Part shown: positions 49,421 to 60,373 of the stretch, one piece after another
Position numbering within the stretch: position 1 is the first letter of the stretch
How the letters are laid out: every line of letters starts with the position of its first letter
Origin: Eutreptiella sp. 'Long Island Sound 2002'
Taxonomy: Eukaryota > Protista > Euglenida
NCBI GenBank assembly: GCA_964036045.1
Contig: OZ038378.1
Span: forward strand, 183,768,001-183,832,000
DNA length: 64,000 bases
Direction of reading: 5' to 3'
Notes under the pieces: generated by a model
What the model was told of the DNA's origin: nothing
The model's database searches: none
What the model saw: the letters and a program-made list of their open reading frames with translations, nothing else
Program-made: the position numbers and the translations under genes

Positions 49421-50628
49421 GTAAAATGGGTGGTAATCGGAAGGTTTGCGCACTTTCTTGCAACAAGGCTAACCCCGAGAAATTGTTTGTGTGATGGGTT
49501 TCGGTTATCATGTGATAACGTCTAAATTCTTGCAGAGTGAGTCCAGAGAGTGACATCCTACTGAAAGGAGTGTCGCGAGGATAGATGTGTTGGTAAGTAA
49601 CCTCACTCATCTGCAATGACTCACAATGCTGTAGTCAGAGGCAGGAGTCCTGATTCTGACTCAAAACCAGACTAGCAAGCATTCGATAGTGTAGGCCACG
49701 AACTCACGGCAACGTTCGGTACTAGAGCAGAGTAGCTCACATCCCTTAGGGAAACAGCCCAGGCTACGTTCTGGTTGAAGTCATTCAGTGAATTGTTCAT
49801 AGCTCCCCGTCACACTTCCCCAGAGACACACATACCCTTGCCTCCCCTTGTCCTCCCCCGCCAGTTGTCCTTCCCGGGGGGGCAGGGTGGGGGGGGGGGG
49901 GCGTCACTAGGTCACCACCAAAATTTTGTTGCGGGTTGCTGTGTTGTCTTGAGCGTCAGTGTGTTGCGAGGCACTGCCACTTGTATCCCCTGTACTTTGG
50001 CAGGACACTTTGAATCCCTTTCTTTAAAATGCAACCTGATAGCACTGCCATGTTTACCCCTTGGACGAGTCTGATATTCATCCACTTCACAGGGGCACGT
50101 GCTCTGGTGCAGGTCGTTGGGTTGTGATGATGATTCCCAAAGATTTGCTAGCACCTGTTTCTGCCAAACCTTCTACCAAAAGGGCCAAACCACCACCGAA
50201 GGGTGCTGCCTGAAGCATTCCAGTGGAAAGTAATGACCATGTTCTGGAGTTCAAGGTCAAATGGAGCAGGACCACCAGGTAGTACGGTTCCCCCGCGGGT
50301 GGGGGGGGGCGCCTCCCCTTGAGGGGGGAGCACAAGGGGGGGGAGGGTAATTCCCCGGAACCTATCAGCCTTCATGGAACACCCCCCTTTGGGTCACGAA
50401 GCAGTGGCCTCAAGGAGCTCACCTTCTTGATACAGATGGCCTTGTCCATAGTCAGGGGTCAGGAATGCGTTTGAGGTCTCTTTGTCTACTGTTGAACCCA
50501 CAAGTGGAAGGGTTTGGGTGAGTTCAGTATTGCTGTGCACACTCTCCTGAAAAAAGGGCAACCAAATGCTTGCAATCAACCAGACATATGTGCTTGCTTT
50601 GTAGCGACTCATTTTAGGATTTCCCAAA

Positions 50629-53600
50629 ATGACAGCATCCAACTGCGAGGATGATCTTGGGCCTGGTGACGAAGGTGGGCCTGGGGGTGGGGAAATCGAG
50701 ACCCAGATGGTGGACACACTGAGCCGTGTCGAGACTATCATGGCCAACGTACAGTTCCTTATCAATAAGCAAAGCTGTGAAAGCCGAGCGCTGCTGCAGC
50801 GTGAGCAGGACCGCCGAAAGGAGTCCATGGACATGCAGGTGTTACAGACCACACGGAAGGATGTGATCGGGTGGCCCTGGCAGCGACAGGAGATGTCTTA
50901 CGGGCAGACCTGTTTACTGCATGCTGGGCACAATAAAGTGACGGTGAGGGTGGCAGTTTGTTGGTGGGGGTTGTGTGGTGTTGGTGAAGACTGTGCGCTG
51001 TTTGTGACAGTTGGAGAGTGCTTGTGAGGCAGTGCTTGTGGATTTTTGTTTGCTCGCGGGGTGTTGCCGACGTGTTGTGCAGAGCGTCCCCGCCCCTTGT
51101 GAGAGCAATGCCCTTGTTAGAGCAATAGCACGTGTTGTTTCTGCAACTTTTGGAAGCATGTCCTACTTTGCCTTTTATCAGTACGCCCCCATGTCAGAGC
51201 AACAGTAGGTGTTGTTTCTGTCAAATTTTGGGACTTTGGCATTGCTCTCGCAAGGGGTCTAGGTTGTAGAGTGCAATCCCCTCTGTCTAGGGTAGCCCCA
51301 TTGTCTAAGGGAATGCTGTGCATGCGGTGCACAGTTTTGTATGTTGGCAAATCATCGAACCCTAGTTTTGGCCCGTTTCCACAACCTTTTTGTTCCATAC
51401 CTATTTTTTTTAGCTTTCTATGCATTTCGGATGTGGCATATTTGAATTGTCACCCATTTTACCCACTTTCAACCATTTTTACCCATTCTCCATCCCTTTT
51501 CTCCCCACCATGGGGAACCTGAGAAGGCGGTGTTTATGTGGCCATATCAATCTCTCCCCACCATGGGGACCCCGAGAAGGCAAGGGTTATGTAGCCACAT
51601 TGATCTCTCGTGACCATGGGGAACGTGAACAGGCTCCGGTTATGTGGCCATATTGATTTCTCCCCACCACGGGGACCCCAAAAAGGTAGGGGTCACGTAG
51701 CCCTATCCATCCAACCTTCCGGTGCTATTGAGGAAACTGGGCCGTTTGCAATCATTTCTACTGCATTTGTGTGTGTTGTTGTGCATGTCACTGAAAAAGG
51801 TAACTCAGCCCCCCTTGTATGTGTGCATGCCTTTCCCATGTTTGTTGCAAAGTGTCAAACGGGCACCCTAAGTCTGGTATGTGGCGATATTGGGCGGAAA
51901 AGTTTGAGTGAAGCCCAACAAGAATATACTGATATCCATGGCTTCTATCACGCAAGGGTGGAGCACCTCTTGGCATGCTTGTGGCAATGGAGGATTATCC
52001 GCAATGTGTGGATAGGCTCTGCAGCGGAGCTGCATGGCCATGTGCATATTTTGCTCCACCTTACTCAATTTTGTATTCGTAGGCAGACGAGTTATCAGCC
52101 CTATGGACCTTGGCCTCATGCTCCTGAGTCTTTGTGGGCACAGGAGGAGGCAACCATTGAGGAGGAGGAAAATGATGACGGTGTTTGTTGCCAATTGTGT
52201 CGCCACGAACCTGGTGATATATCTGTGTGTGGCACTTGCCACTTGAACATGTGTGTATCTTGCATACCATTGCATAGTTGTACCTTACAAGACCCAGTGG
52301 TTTGTTTGTTGGTTTGTTCATAGGTACATTTGAGTACCAATTTGAAGGTAGTTTCGTTGTTATCTTGTGGGCTTTGCTGCTTTGCCGTGCTAGCAGACAA
52401 GTGGTAGGTGATCTTGGGTGAGTTTCGTGGCAGGTGCACGTAGTGCAACAACATCCCCTAAAGGACCCCTTTGTCAAAGGTGCCCCCCTTCTCTGAAGTG
52501 AGCAGGTTAGTGGGATGGGTGCTGGCGGCTTCACTGCCTTGCTGAACAGATGGAACCGTTGTGGGGGCGCCTATGGCCCCTTGCTGGAAACCGCATGGAC
52601 GCAAAAAATGTACCCCCCCCCCCTTCACAAGCACCGGCTTGTCTAAGCACGGGACCCCGTTTGACTGTCATTTTTCCTGGGTTTTTCTGACAGCAATTTT
52701 TGTGGTCAGAAATGTAACTTCATGCGGTTGTGCTCCGATTGTAGAGGGAAAGGGGACTGGATCATGCTTGTGGTAGTTCCTCCTGCTAATACCAACATTC
52801 TTTGTTGATGACAGTTTTGTCCCAAGGAATAAGAAGCCTAAACCCATTCCAAAACCTGCATCCAAGCGTGCTCCAAAGCCTGCACCAAAGGGCAAGCATG
52901 TGCAATTGTTTCAGATGAGGCGCAAGGTTGGAAAGGGCTTCTATTCCACAGCTCCTGATGCCCCTGACGGGCAGTGAGGACGTCCAGAACATGCTGAAAT
53001 TTGCCTGCACATTCTGTTCCGGTGCCTGGTTGCAACAATTGTTGTTAGGGTGAGGTATGGGCAGGTGTTCACCACATGCATTCTTTTGGTACAGCACATC
53101 ACACGCAAGCATTGGCTTGTCCAAGCACGGGACCGCAGAGAACGCAATTTGTGCCGCGGCTTCGCCGCGTTGATACATGTCGTACTGTTGAGAGTGCCAG
53201 TGCGATTCTTGAGGGTGATGACCATCGTTGATCTATGGCCAAGCACGGGACCGCGTCTGACTGGTGTTTTCCAGACTTTCAGTGTGCTTGCGCAAGGGGG
53301 GGGGGGGGGACTGCTTGCAGAGTTGTTGAGGGTGTGATGCCCAGGGCGACAAACTGCAGTGGGCGTAAGTACTTTACCAGTTACTCACAGTTCGTACCAA
53401 ATGTGACTGCACACTGAGAAACGAGGATTTAGGGTTGAAAATGTATTTCGAATACCGTAAGCGCAGAAACCTGCTTTTTGCTTCAAGGAAAAACAATGCC
53501 TTGTATCAAAGGCACACACGCCAGATGCAGTCGTGTCCAAGGCACAGCAGGCGTCCATTTGGGACCTGGACGTGACTCAGTCCAGGTTCTGCTGGTGTAC

Positions 53601-56600
53601 GGTCAGGTAACATTTGCCATGAGATTGCTGAGTGTTTGTGAGGGTTGCAGAATGTTGGGTGCACAGTGTGTGGAGTGCAATAGTGGGTGGGCTCTGTCTG
53701 TTTTTCGAACAAGGCCGCTGAGGTTTGGAGTGCCCAGGACCCTTCGCTGTGCAGGTGACACCTTCCGAATCCCCAGACTTCAACCGCTTGGCAAAGGAGT
53801 TGCCTCAGAAATGGTCGGAAGAGCGGAGTAGACTGGCCGAGAAGGAGCGCAGGGCGACCCAAACGGTGCGGCAACTGCAAGAGAAAGTGCAGCAGTTCTC
53901 CAGCAGAGAAAAGGAGTATCAGGTGGAGATCAGCCGGTTGCAGCAGGAGCTACAACAACGGGGGGACACAGAGACGTACTCTGCTGGTGCCGGGTGTGAA
54001 GCAGACGGGGCTTCAGAAGTGCAGCACTGGAAGTCAATGTACCAGGTTGGTGTACATGCGTAATACACTGCGGTTTTGTGTGTTGTGCGAGTGGTGTGCT
54101 GTGTTCTTTGCAGCAGAGGGTATCAGCATGCCCAAAAGCCTGATCTCCTGTGCTACACTGCCTAGGACGGCGATAACGTCTGGCACAAAATGGCCCTTTT
54201 TGCACCCCAAGATGAAAAATTACAATTACACCTGTGTGGACGATCTCATCTCAGTTGTCTGTTGCTTTGTTGTGCCTGCATGTCTGTTGTGCACGAGGGA
54301 AGATAAACAACCGACCTGTATTTTGGGATGTGGGGCAACAATAGGGAACATGGACGTACAAAAGCCGTAGAGAAGGTATGGAATCCAAAAGTCCGACTAT
54401 AAGATAAAGGCACAACTAATCGGAAATTACTCTCAACGAAAGTAAACAATGGAGCAAGCGCAGAAGAACAGGCAGTGGTTTGAAACTTTGTCGTTCATTC
54501 AGCACAGTCTGAGTATCCGGTCTGCATCCAGCACTTCAACATAACAGGTACACCAATTGCTTATGCGCGCGCGCGTGTGTGTGCGTATGTGTATGTGTGT
54601 GTCTGTATTTGCACGCAGTAAGATTGTGTGTGCCCGTGTGTGGTGGTGCACGTTTGTGGGTGGCCCTCCTCTGACCCACGTTTGATGTCAGGATGCCCAG
54701 GCCCGAGTGCAACAATTGGAACAGGAAAATGCACAGCTGCTGTCTGGCGAAGATCGGAACAAGGAATGTCTGGGTGCCTCAGAGGATTCAGATATGGGGC
54801 TGAGGCAGCAACTGATGGACGCAGAAAGTACCAATCAGAGCCTGCAGCAGCGCCTTGTGGAAGCGAAGGGCGCGCAGGCGCAGGCGTGCCAAGCTTTGGA
54901 AGAGCTTTTCCAGGCAGAGCTGGCCCAAAAGGAAAGTGCATTTGAGGGCCACCGCACGGAGTGTTCACAGATGATCACTGCGTTGAGGACAGAAAATGCG
55001 GAGCTGAAGGAAGCTTTGAGAGCGCAGCTGACCTCTGACTTAGAGGAAGCGCTTGTGCTGGAGCAGGAGCAGGTTTGTGACATAGTCAGCGCGTGTGCGT
55101 CTGCATTTTGGGATCCGTAGACCGAGGGGACAGTTCCTTTTCAATGTCCTCTTTGATGTCGTGTGAGTGTGCAAGGGTGCAAGGAGGGGTGCTCTGCATG
55201 TCCGTTCGCCGAGCCCCCCCCCCCCCCCCTCCCCTGCTTTAATCCCTTAAGCATTCGATTCCGGACTTCTATTCTTTACTATTTCTCAGCACGTAAAAGG
55301 AAGACAGAAGGAAGCATGTTTAAAAGCCTATGGTCCTGATTTCAGGGAGGTCGCTTCCCCTTTGTTCATGAACACTAGCTGCACTTACTGGAGTGCGTAA
55401 TGTTTTCAGTTTGCTCCAGCATTCAATCTTGTTGTTTTCTGAGACTAGGTGTACATGTTGCGGCTGTCCTTCAAGTGAACCCTTTTTGTTGGCGACCTGA
55501 TGAGGTGAGTACACTCAGGCGACCGCTTCGTTGTTCTCTCTGCTCTTCGCGCGCGCATGCGTGTCGTGTGCGTGCGTGCGTGCGTGCGTGCGTGCGCACG
55601 TGGTAATGTACAGACAAGCCTTGTGGTCTGTATGGTGTGCCTCTTTCTTTTGATCCGTGGTGGTAACTGCCTGGACCCTTTGGCTGCTTGGACACCATGA
55701 TGCATTGCTGCCCCACAGAACCCAGTAACTCATTCAGCCCATGCCCCATCATTGAGAAGAGTCTTGCATTTCTTGCTGGACCTGTGACCCTGTGTGTTTG
55801 TGCTTTCTGTGCTCGTGTTTCTGGGGGGCTGGGCGCAGGCAATGGCACACCAGGAAGAATGGTCCACACTGCAGTTCGGCAAGCGTATCTACACGCATGG
55901 CTAAAGTGTGGGTGTTGGAGTCTGGGTAGATGGTTTGGAGTGATGCTTGCAACCAAGTGCATACACTGCAGCCGCATGTCGTCCCGGGACACGCTCTGGT
56001 GCTCCAGCTCTTGCTGCAAAGTCAATGCTTGGAGATGTGCGTGTGTTTGTGTGTGACATTTTCATTGTCTTGAATGGCCCGACGAGGTGTTTCTGGAGAA
56101 CAGTGTCGTGCCACCGCCGTGCCCTGTTTCACCAACACTGCACGTGTTTTTGTCGTGGTTCTGATTTCCCTCACGAAGTGTGTGTGCGTGTGTGAAGCGG
56201 ATAGCGACAGGCCAAGTGGTTGCCTGTGTGAATGTGGGTCTGTATGAGCACTTCTGCATGTACGTGCGTGCTTTTTCAGGCGCAAAGGATGTGTCACGAG
56301 AAATCATGCCTCGCGGAGTACATGGCCCTCGCAGTGGCTGCCCAGCAGACGGAGCTGGACGCCACCAGGACGCAGCTGAACGCCACCAAAACGACGTGTG
56401 CGGGAAATGAGCAGACGATCGCCGACTTACAAGAGAAGCTTGCTGATCTGGAAACATCTTGCACCGACATGTCCGAGAAGAACAAAGCACTGGAGGCTGC
56501 CTGTGAAGCTGCAGACGAACGCTACAAAAAAGAGATGGCGCTGCGGAAGAAGTACTTCAACCTTGTGCAGGAGCTGCGGGGCAACATCCGTGTGCTTTGC

Positions 56601-59600
56601 CGCGTGCGGCCGCTGCTGCCCAACTGCGACCCCCGGGACGCCGGGTTCAACCCGACCTTCGCCGACGTCGGGGACATCAACCTGCACGAGACCAAAAAGG
56701 GCACGCAGAAGACCTACACGCAGCAGCACGCCTTCGAATTCGACCGCGTGTTCCCCCCCGAGAGCGGCCAAGACATCGTGTTCCAGGTTGTGACAGCTGC
56801 GCGGGCCGGGGGTGTTTGCTCTGAGCAACGAGCCATCGTCAAGTCTCTGTACCTGAACCAGTGATCCGCTTCCAGCAGAGTTGCCACTGGCGTCCGGCAG
56901 GGCCAGTGAGTTCTGCTAGTCAGCCCTGTGCCACGCACCACTCAGTAATACCTGCTTCTGTCACACCCCGAACTCGGTAAGAAGCAGCTGCATCGAGCGC
57001 AGCACTCAGTATCTCTGAGCTGGCGGACGCTCATGGGAAGTATGAGCAAGAGCCAATGACCTCTGGAGATTGCCTCGGTAAAGGCTCCCACTGGTAATAA
57101 ATCAGCAGCATTCCTGATCTAGATTGACGACTGCACAGTTGGTGACCCCAAACATCCAGCGGCTGATTACCTCCTCCTCCCAGATGCAAGATGTGGACAG
57201 TGGAACAAAGATCCCACTCGTACCCACACAAGTTCACTAGTCACAAATGACCCCGAGCAACAAGCTTCGCAGAAAAGGTAAAGCACGCAACCTCCCTTTA
57301 TGGAACATCCCCCTCCGAGATATCTGTGTTGTGCCCCCCCCCCCCCCCAAAGAGGCTCGGAATGCTTTCTAAAACGTATGATTTTCGAGCACTGCGCTTC
57401 GGGGGGAACGGCATTGTGCCTGCAGTTGATTCTTACTTCTTGGGTTTTGCTCAAATGATCTCCTTTTTCGCTGAAGGCGGATAGGGGGAGGTATTTGAGA
57501 ATAGGGGCACATGGGGTTTGGGGGCGTCAGGGGCAGCCACGTCGCAAATGGCTTTTCAACTTCTGACCGGCGAGTCGCACTGTACCCCATGTCCGCACCA
57601 CGGCCAATTGACCTCTGTCTGCAGTGTCGACCTCCCCACTGCCCACGCACAGCGTCCCGTACGTGGGCTGTCTGCGCCACCCCTTTCTTCTTTCAGCGTG
57701 TTTGGGGCGTTGTGCCTGGGAAGGGGTTATGGTGGTATTGTCTGTTGTTCCAGGAGGTCTGCCCGCTGGTGACCTCGGTCATGGACGGGTACAACGTGTG
57801 CATCTTCGCCTACGGCCAGACGGGGTCCGGAAAGACGTATACGATGGAAGGGACGCGGGATGACGCAGGCATCAACCGCCGCACTCTGGAGACGCTCTTC
57901 GCGGTGTGCGACGAGCGTCGCGACGGCTGGCAGTACACCATCAGCGTCAGCGTTCTGGAGATCTACAACGAGAATGTCTTCGACCTCCTGAACCCCAACA
58001 CCTTCGAGGTCCCCCTTCTTCCACACAGCCCCTCTGCTCTTCCCCGACCACCAACACTCCTCTGTTAGTGTGTCACAGGGATTGGTAAACCCCCCCCCGC
58101 TTCACCCCACACGCAATTGCAGGGAGGCAGGGAGGTAAGGATAGGCAAGATCGGCAGATCAAGGGCACGAGGTGGTGAGAGGCCAATATGCACCGCCACC
58201 TACGGAAGGAGAGGGGGCAGGGGAAAGAACAACGGTAAGTGTTGAGAAGCTTATTGGCGCCGCCGGCTTCAGACAGCAGTCCACGCAGGCATCATGCCAA
58301 ACCGCTCCCCGCTTGTGCGGCAGGCGTGGGTCCCGTGGCCAGTGCAGTGCCTCGTTGCAGGGAGTCTGCGAAGGACTTGGTGGTTCACCGACGGTGGGCG
58401 TTCCTGTCTATTCAGGTGCGTGAGAAGAAGCTGGAAGTCCGTCTCACGCGGCAAGGCAGCGTGGTCATTCCGGATGCTAAGTTGGTCACAGTGCAAAGCG
58501 CGGCGGAGGTGATGAAGGTCCTTGACCGGGGCCAGCGTAATCGTGCAGCGGGACAAACGGATTACAACCTGCACAGCAGTCGCTCCCACTGTGTTCTGAC
58601 GGTGTATGTCGAAGGTATCACCCTCTGCATTGTGCAAACCCATAATCGTGTTTTATCGCGGTTTCAGATCATTTTGAGTCGTCCGTTGTTGCAGCGCTTT
58701 TAGATCCCTGTTGATGAAAAGCGAAAACATCCTGTTACAGGTGCGAGACAACAATTTGCAAGCAGTTCTCTTGTTTGCATTGTTTGTGGTGCTTGTCTAC
58801 TGCGCTTGCCCCCAGAGCGACACGGGGCTGCATCCGGGACATGGCTGCTGGTGCTTCAACACATGCAGCTAGAGCACGTTTGCGGGGCGGTGGGCGCTAC
58901 AGTATAGTGTAGCCTGGGTCAGGGTCGTCCCTTCTACCCAGGCCTGACAGTGGCCAGCAACCTCTTCAGAGGGTTGGGTGGATCCCATGCTTGGAGGTCG
59001 GACCTGTGGGGGTTGAAGGCCGTTGTGGGCCAAGGCTAGCGCAGTGTGTGTGATCCGTCATGTTTCATTGGGAGTGCCATGCACGCAGTGCGAAGTTTTG
59101 GATTCGCCCTTCGGATATCAACGTTCACCAACAAGGTAAGGCACTCGAGGATAACTCACAACCCATATTCCTTCATTGCATTTGTGCATTTGCGTTGTGT
59201 CTTGGGGCTAAAGGGTCTTCAAGGAATCCCCACCCCCTAGACAGTTGACAGGTATTCTTGGGTGAGTATCCCAGCCTCTACGTGCGCAGTATGCACGCAG
59301 TGCGCACGCAGTGCAAGAACTTGGCCAGTGATGCTAAACCAAGCCTGCGGACAGCAGGTGCAGATCATTGCAGCCAAGCTAGGGCTAGTCCTGGCAACTG
59401 GTCAGCATTGCCCACTGAGAATCCCAAACCCACGATATTCATCCCTGGGGTTCTTGCTCTCCTGACCCAAAAGCATTCTCTCATGTGAACGAAACAAACG
59501 CCAGCCACGCGTGAGGTGAGTAACCGAGGACTATGATAGCAAGCAATTGCAAAGTAACCTGGCTTGTGACGTCACACGCCAGTTTTCCACATTGGAAGCA

Positions 59601-60373
59601 GGGCAGTGCGGGGGCGAGGGTCACGATCCCCCCTGCCCTGGCGGTGCATGTGCCTAATTCAACTCATCTTCCGTTTTTGCGCCTCATATGTACACCGGTT
59701 CCGACACTTCATGTGCATGGACGGAGGCAGCTGAGCAGCTAAACCCGTGCTTACGTAAAGCGAGAGCAAGAGGCATAACAAGTACCAAAAAATCAGCACC
59801 AGTGAGAGGTAAGATGAGACAAAGATCCAGTGCTTAGACAGCACAACGCTTTGTAAAACCTACAGAAGTAGCACTATAGCAGTCCAACACGCAACAATTG
59901 CATTGAAACCCTTTGTTTATAGTGGTACTAGCACTCCCCAATCCATCCATCCCTCTCACTGTCCCTTTCCCTCTGTCCCCCTGCATCTGTCTGTCCCAGG
60001 GGTGAATACCGTTGCCAAAGAGAAAGCCACGGGCAAACTTCATCTCATCGATCTGGCTGGGTCCGAGAAGTTCTCTAAGTTGAACAACTCTCAAGAGCGT
60101 CTCGCAGAGTCGGTGGCCATCAACAAATCGCTGTCGGCGCTCGGGGACGTCATTCAGGCCCTGGCCCAAAAAGAGAAACACGTGCCGTTCCGCAACTCGC
60201 AGCTCACATTTGTACTCCAGGACTCTCTTGGGGGCGACAGCAAAGTGGCGATGGTGGTCAACATTAGCCCCAGTAACAGCAACCTCATGGAAAGCATCAA
60301 CTCCCTGAACTTTGCTGCGCGAGCCCGGAAGGTTGCGCTGGGAAAGCCGAAGAAGAATGTGCAGCGCTCTTGA
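50629..60373 (+). CDS. Kinesin-14 (C-terminal motor, coiled-coil stalk), 738 aa. Exons 50629-50838, 53755-54045, 54692-55072, 56280-56786, 57754-58008, 58416-58614, 60000-60373
   Basis: GT-AG junctions with phases 0,0,0,0,0,1. Neck/motor motifs LVQELRGNIRVLCRVRP, FEFDRVF, IFAYGQTGSGKTYTMEG (P-loop), LEIYNE, NLHSSRSH (switch I), LIDLAGSE (switch II), HVPFRNSQLTFVLQDSLGG. Exon 1 and possible missed small exons in intron 1 are less certain. Confidence 0.93.
51490..51710 (+). repeat. ~55-bp tandem repeats x4 upstream of Harbinger copy 5
   Basis: Repeated tctccccaccatgggga...g.ttatgt.gcca.at. Confidence 0.75.
51880..52320 (+). mobile_element. Harbinger-like transposase 3' fragment with intact Cys-rich finger (copy 5), in kinesin intron 1
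   Basis: Open frame: GRKSLSEAQQEYTDIHGFYHARVEHLLACLWQWRIIRNVW...QFCIRRQTSYQPYGPWPH...VCCQLCRHEPGDISVCGTCHLNMCVSCIPLHSC. Confidence 0.8.

Noticed and set aside
304-60373. Non-canonical (non-GT-AG, stem-forming) euglenid-type introns
   Set aside because: All junctions reconstructed here are explained by GT-AG with correct phase.
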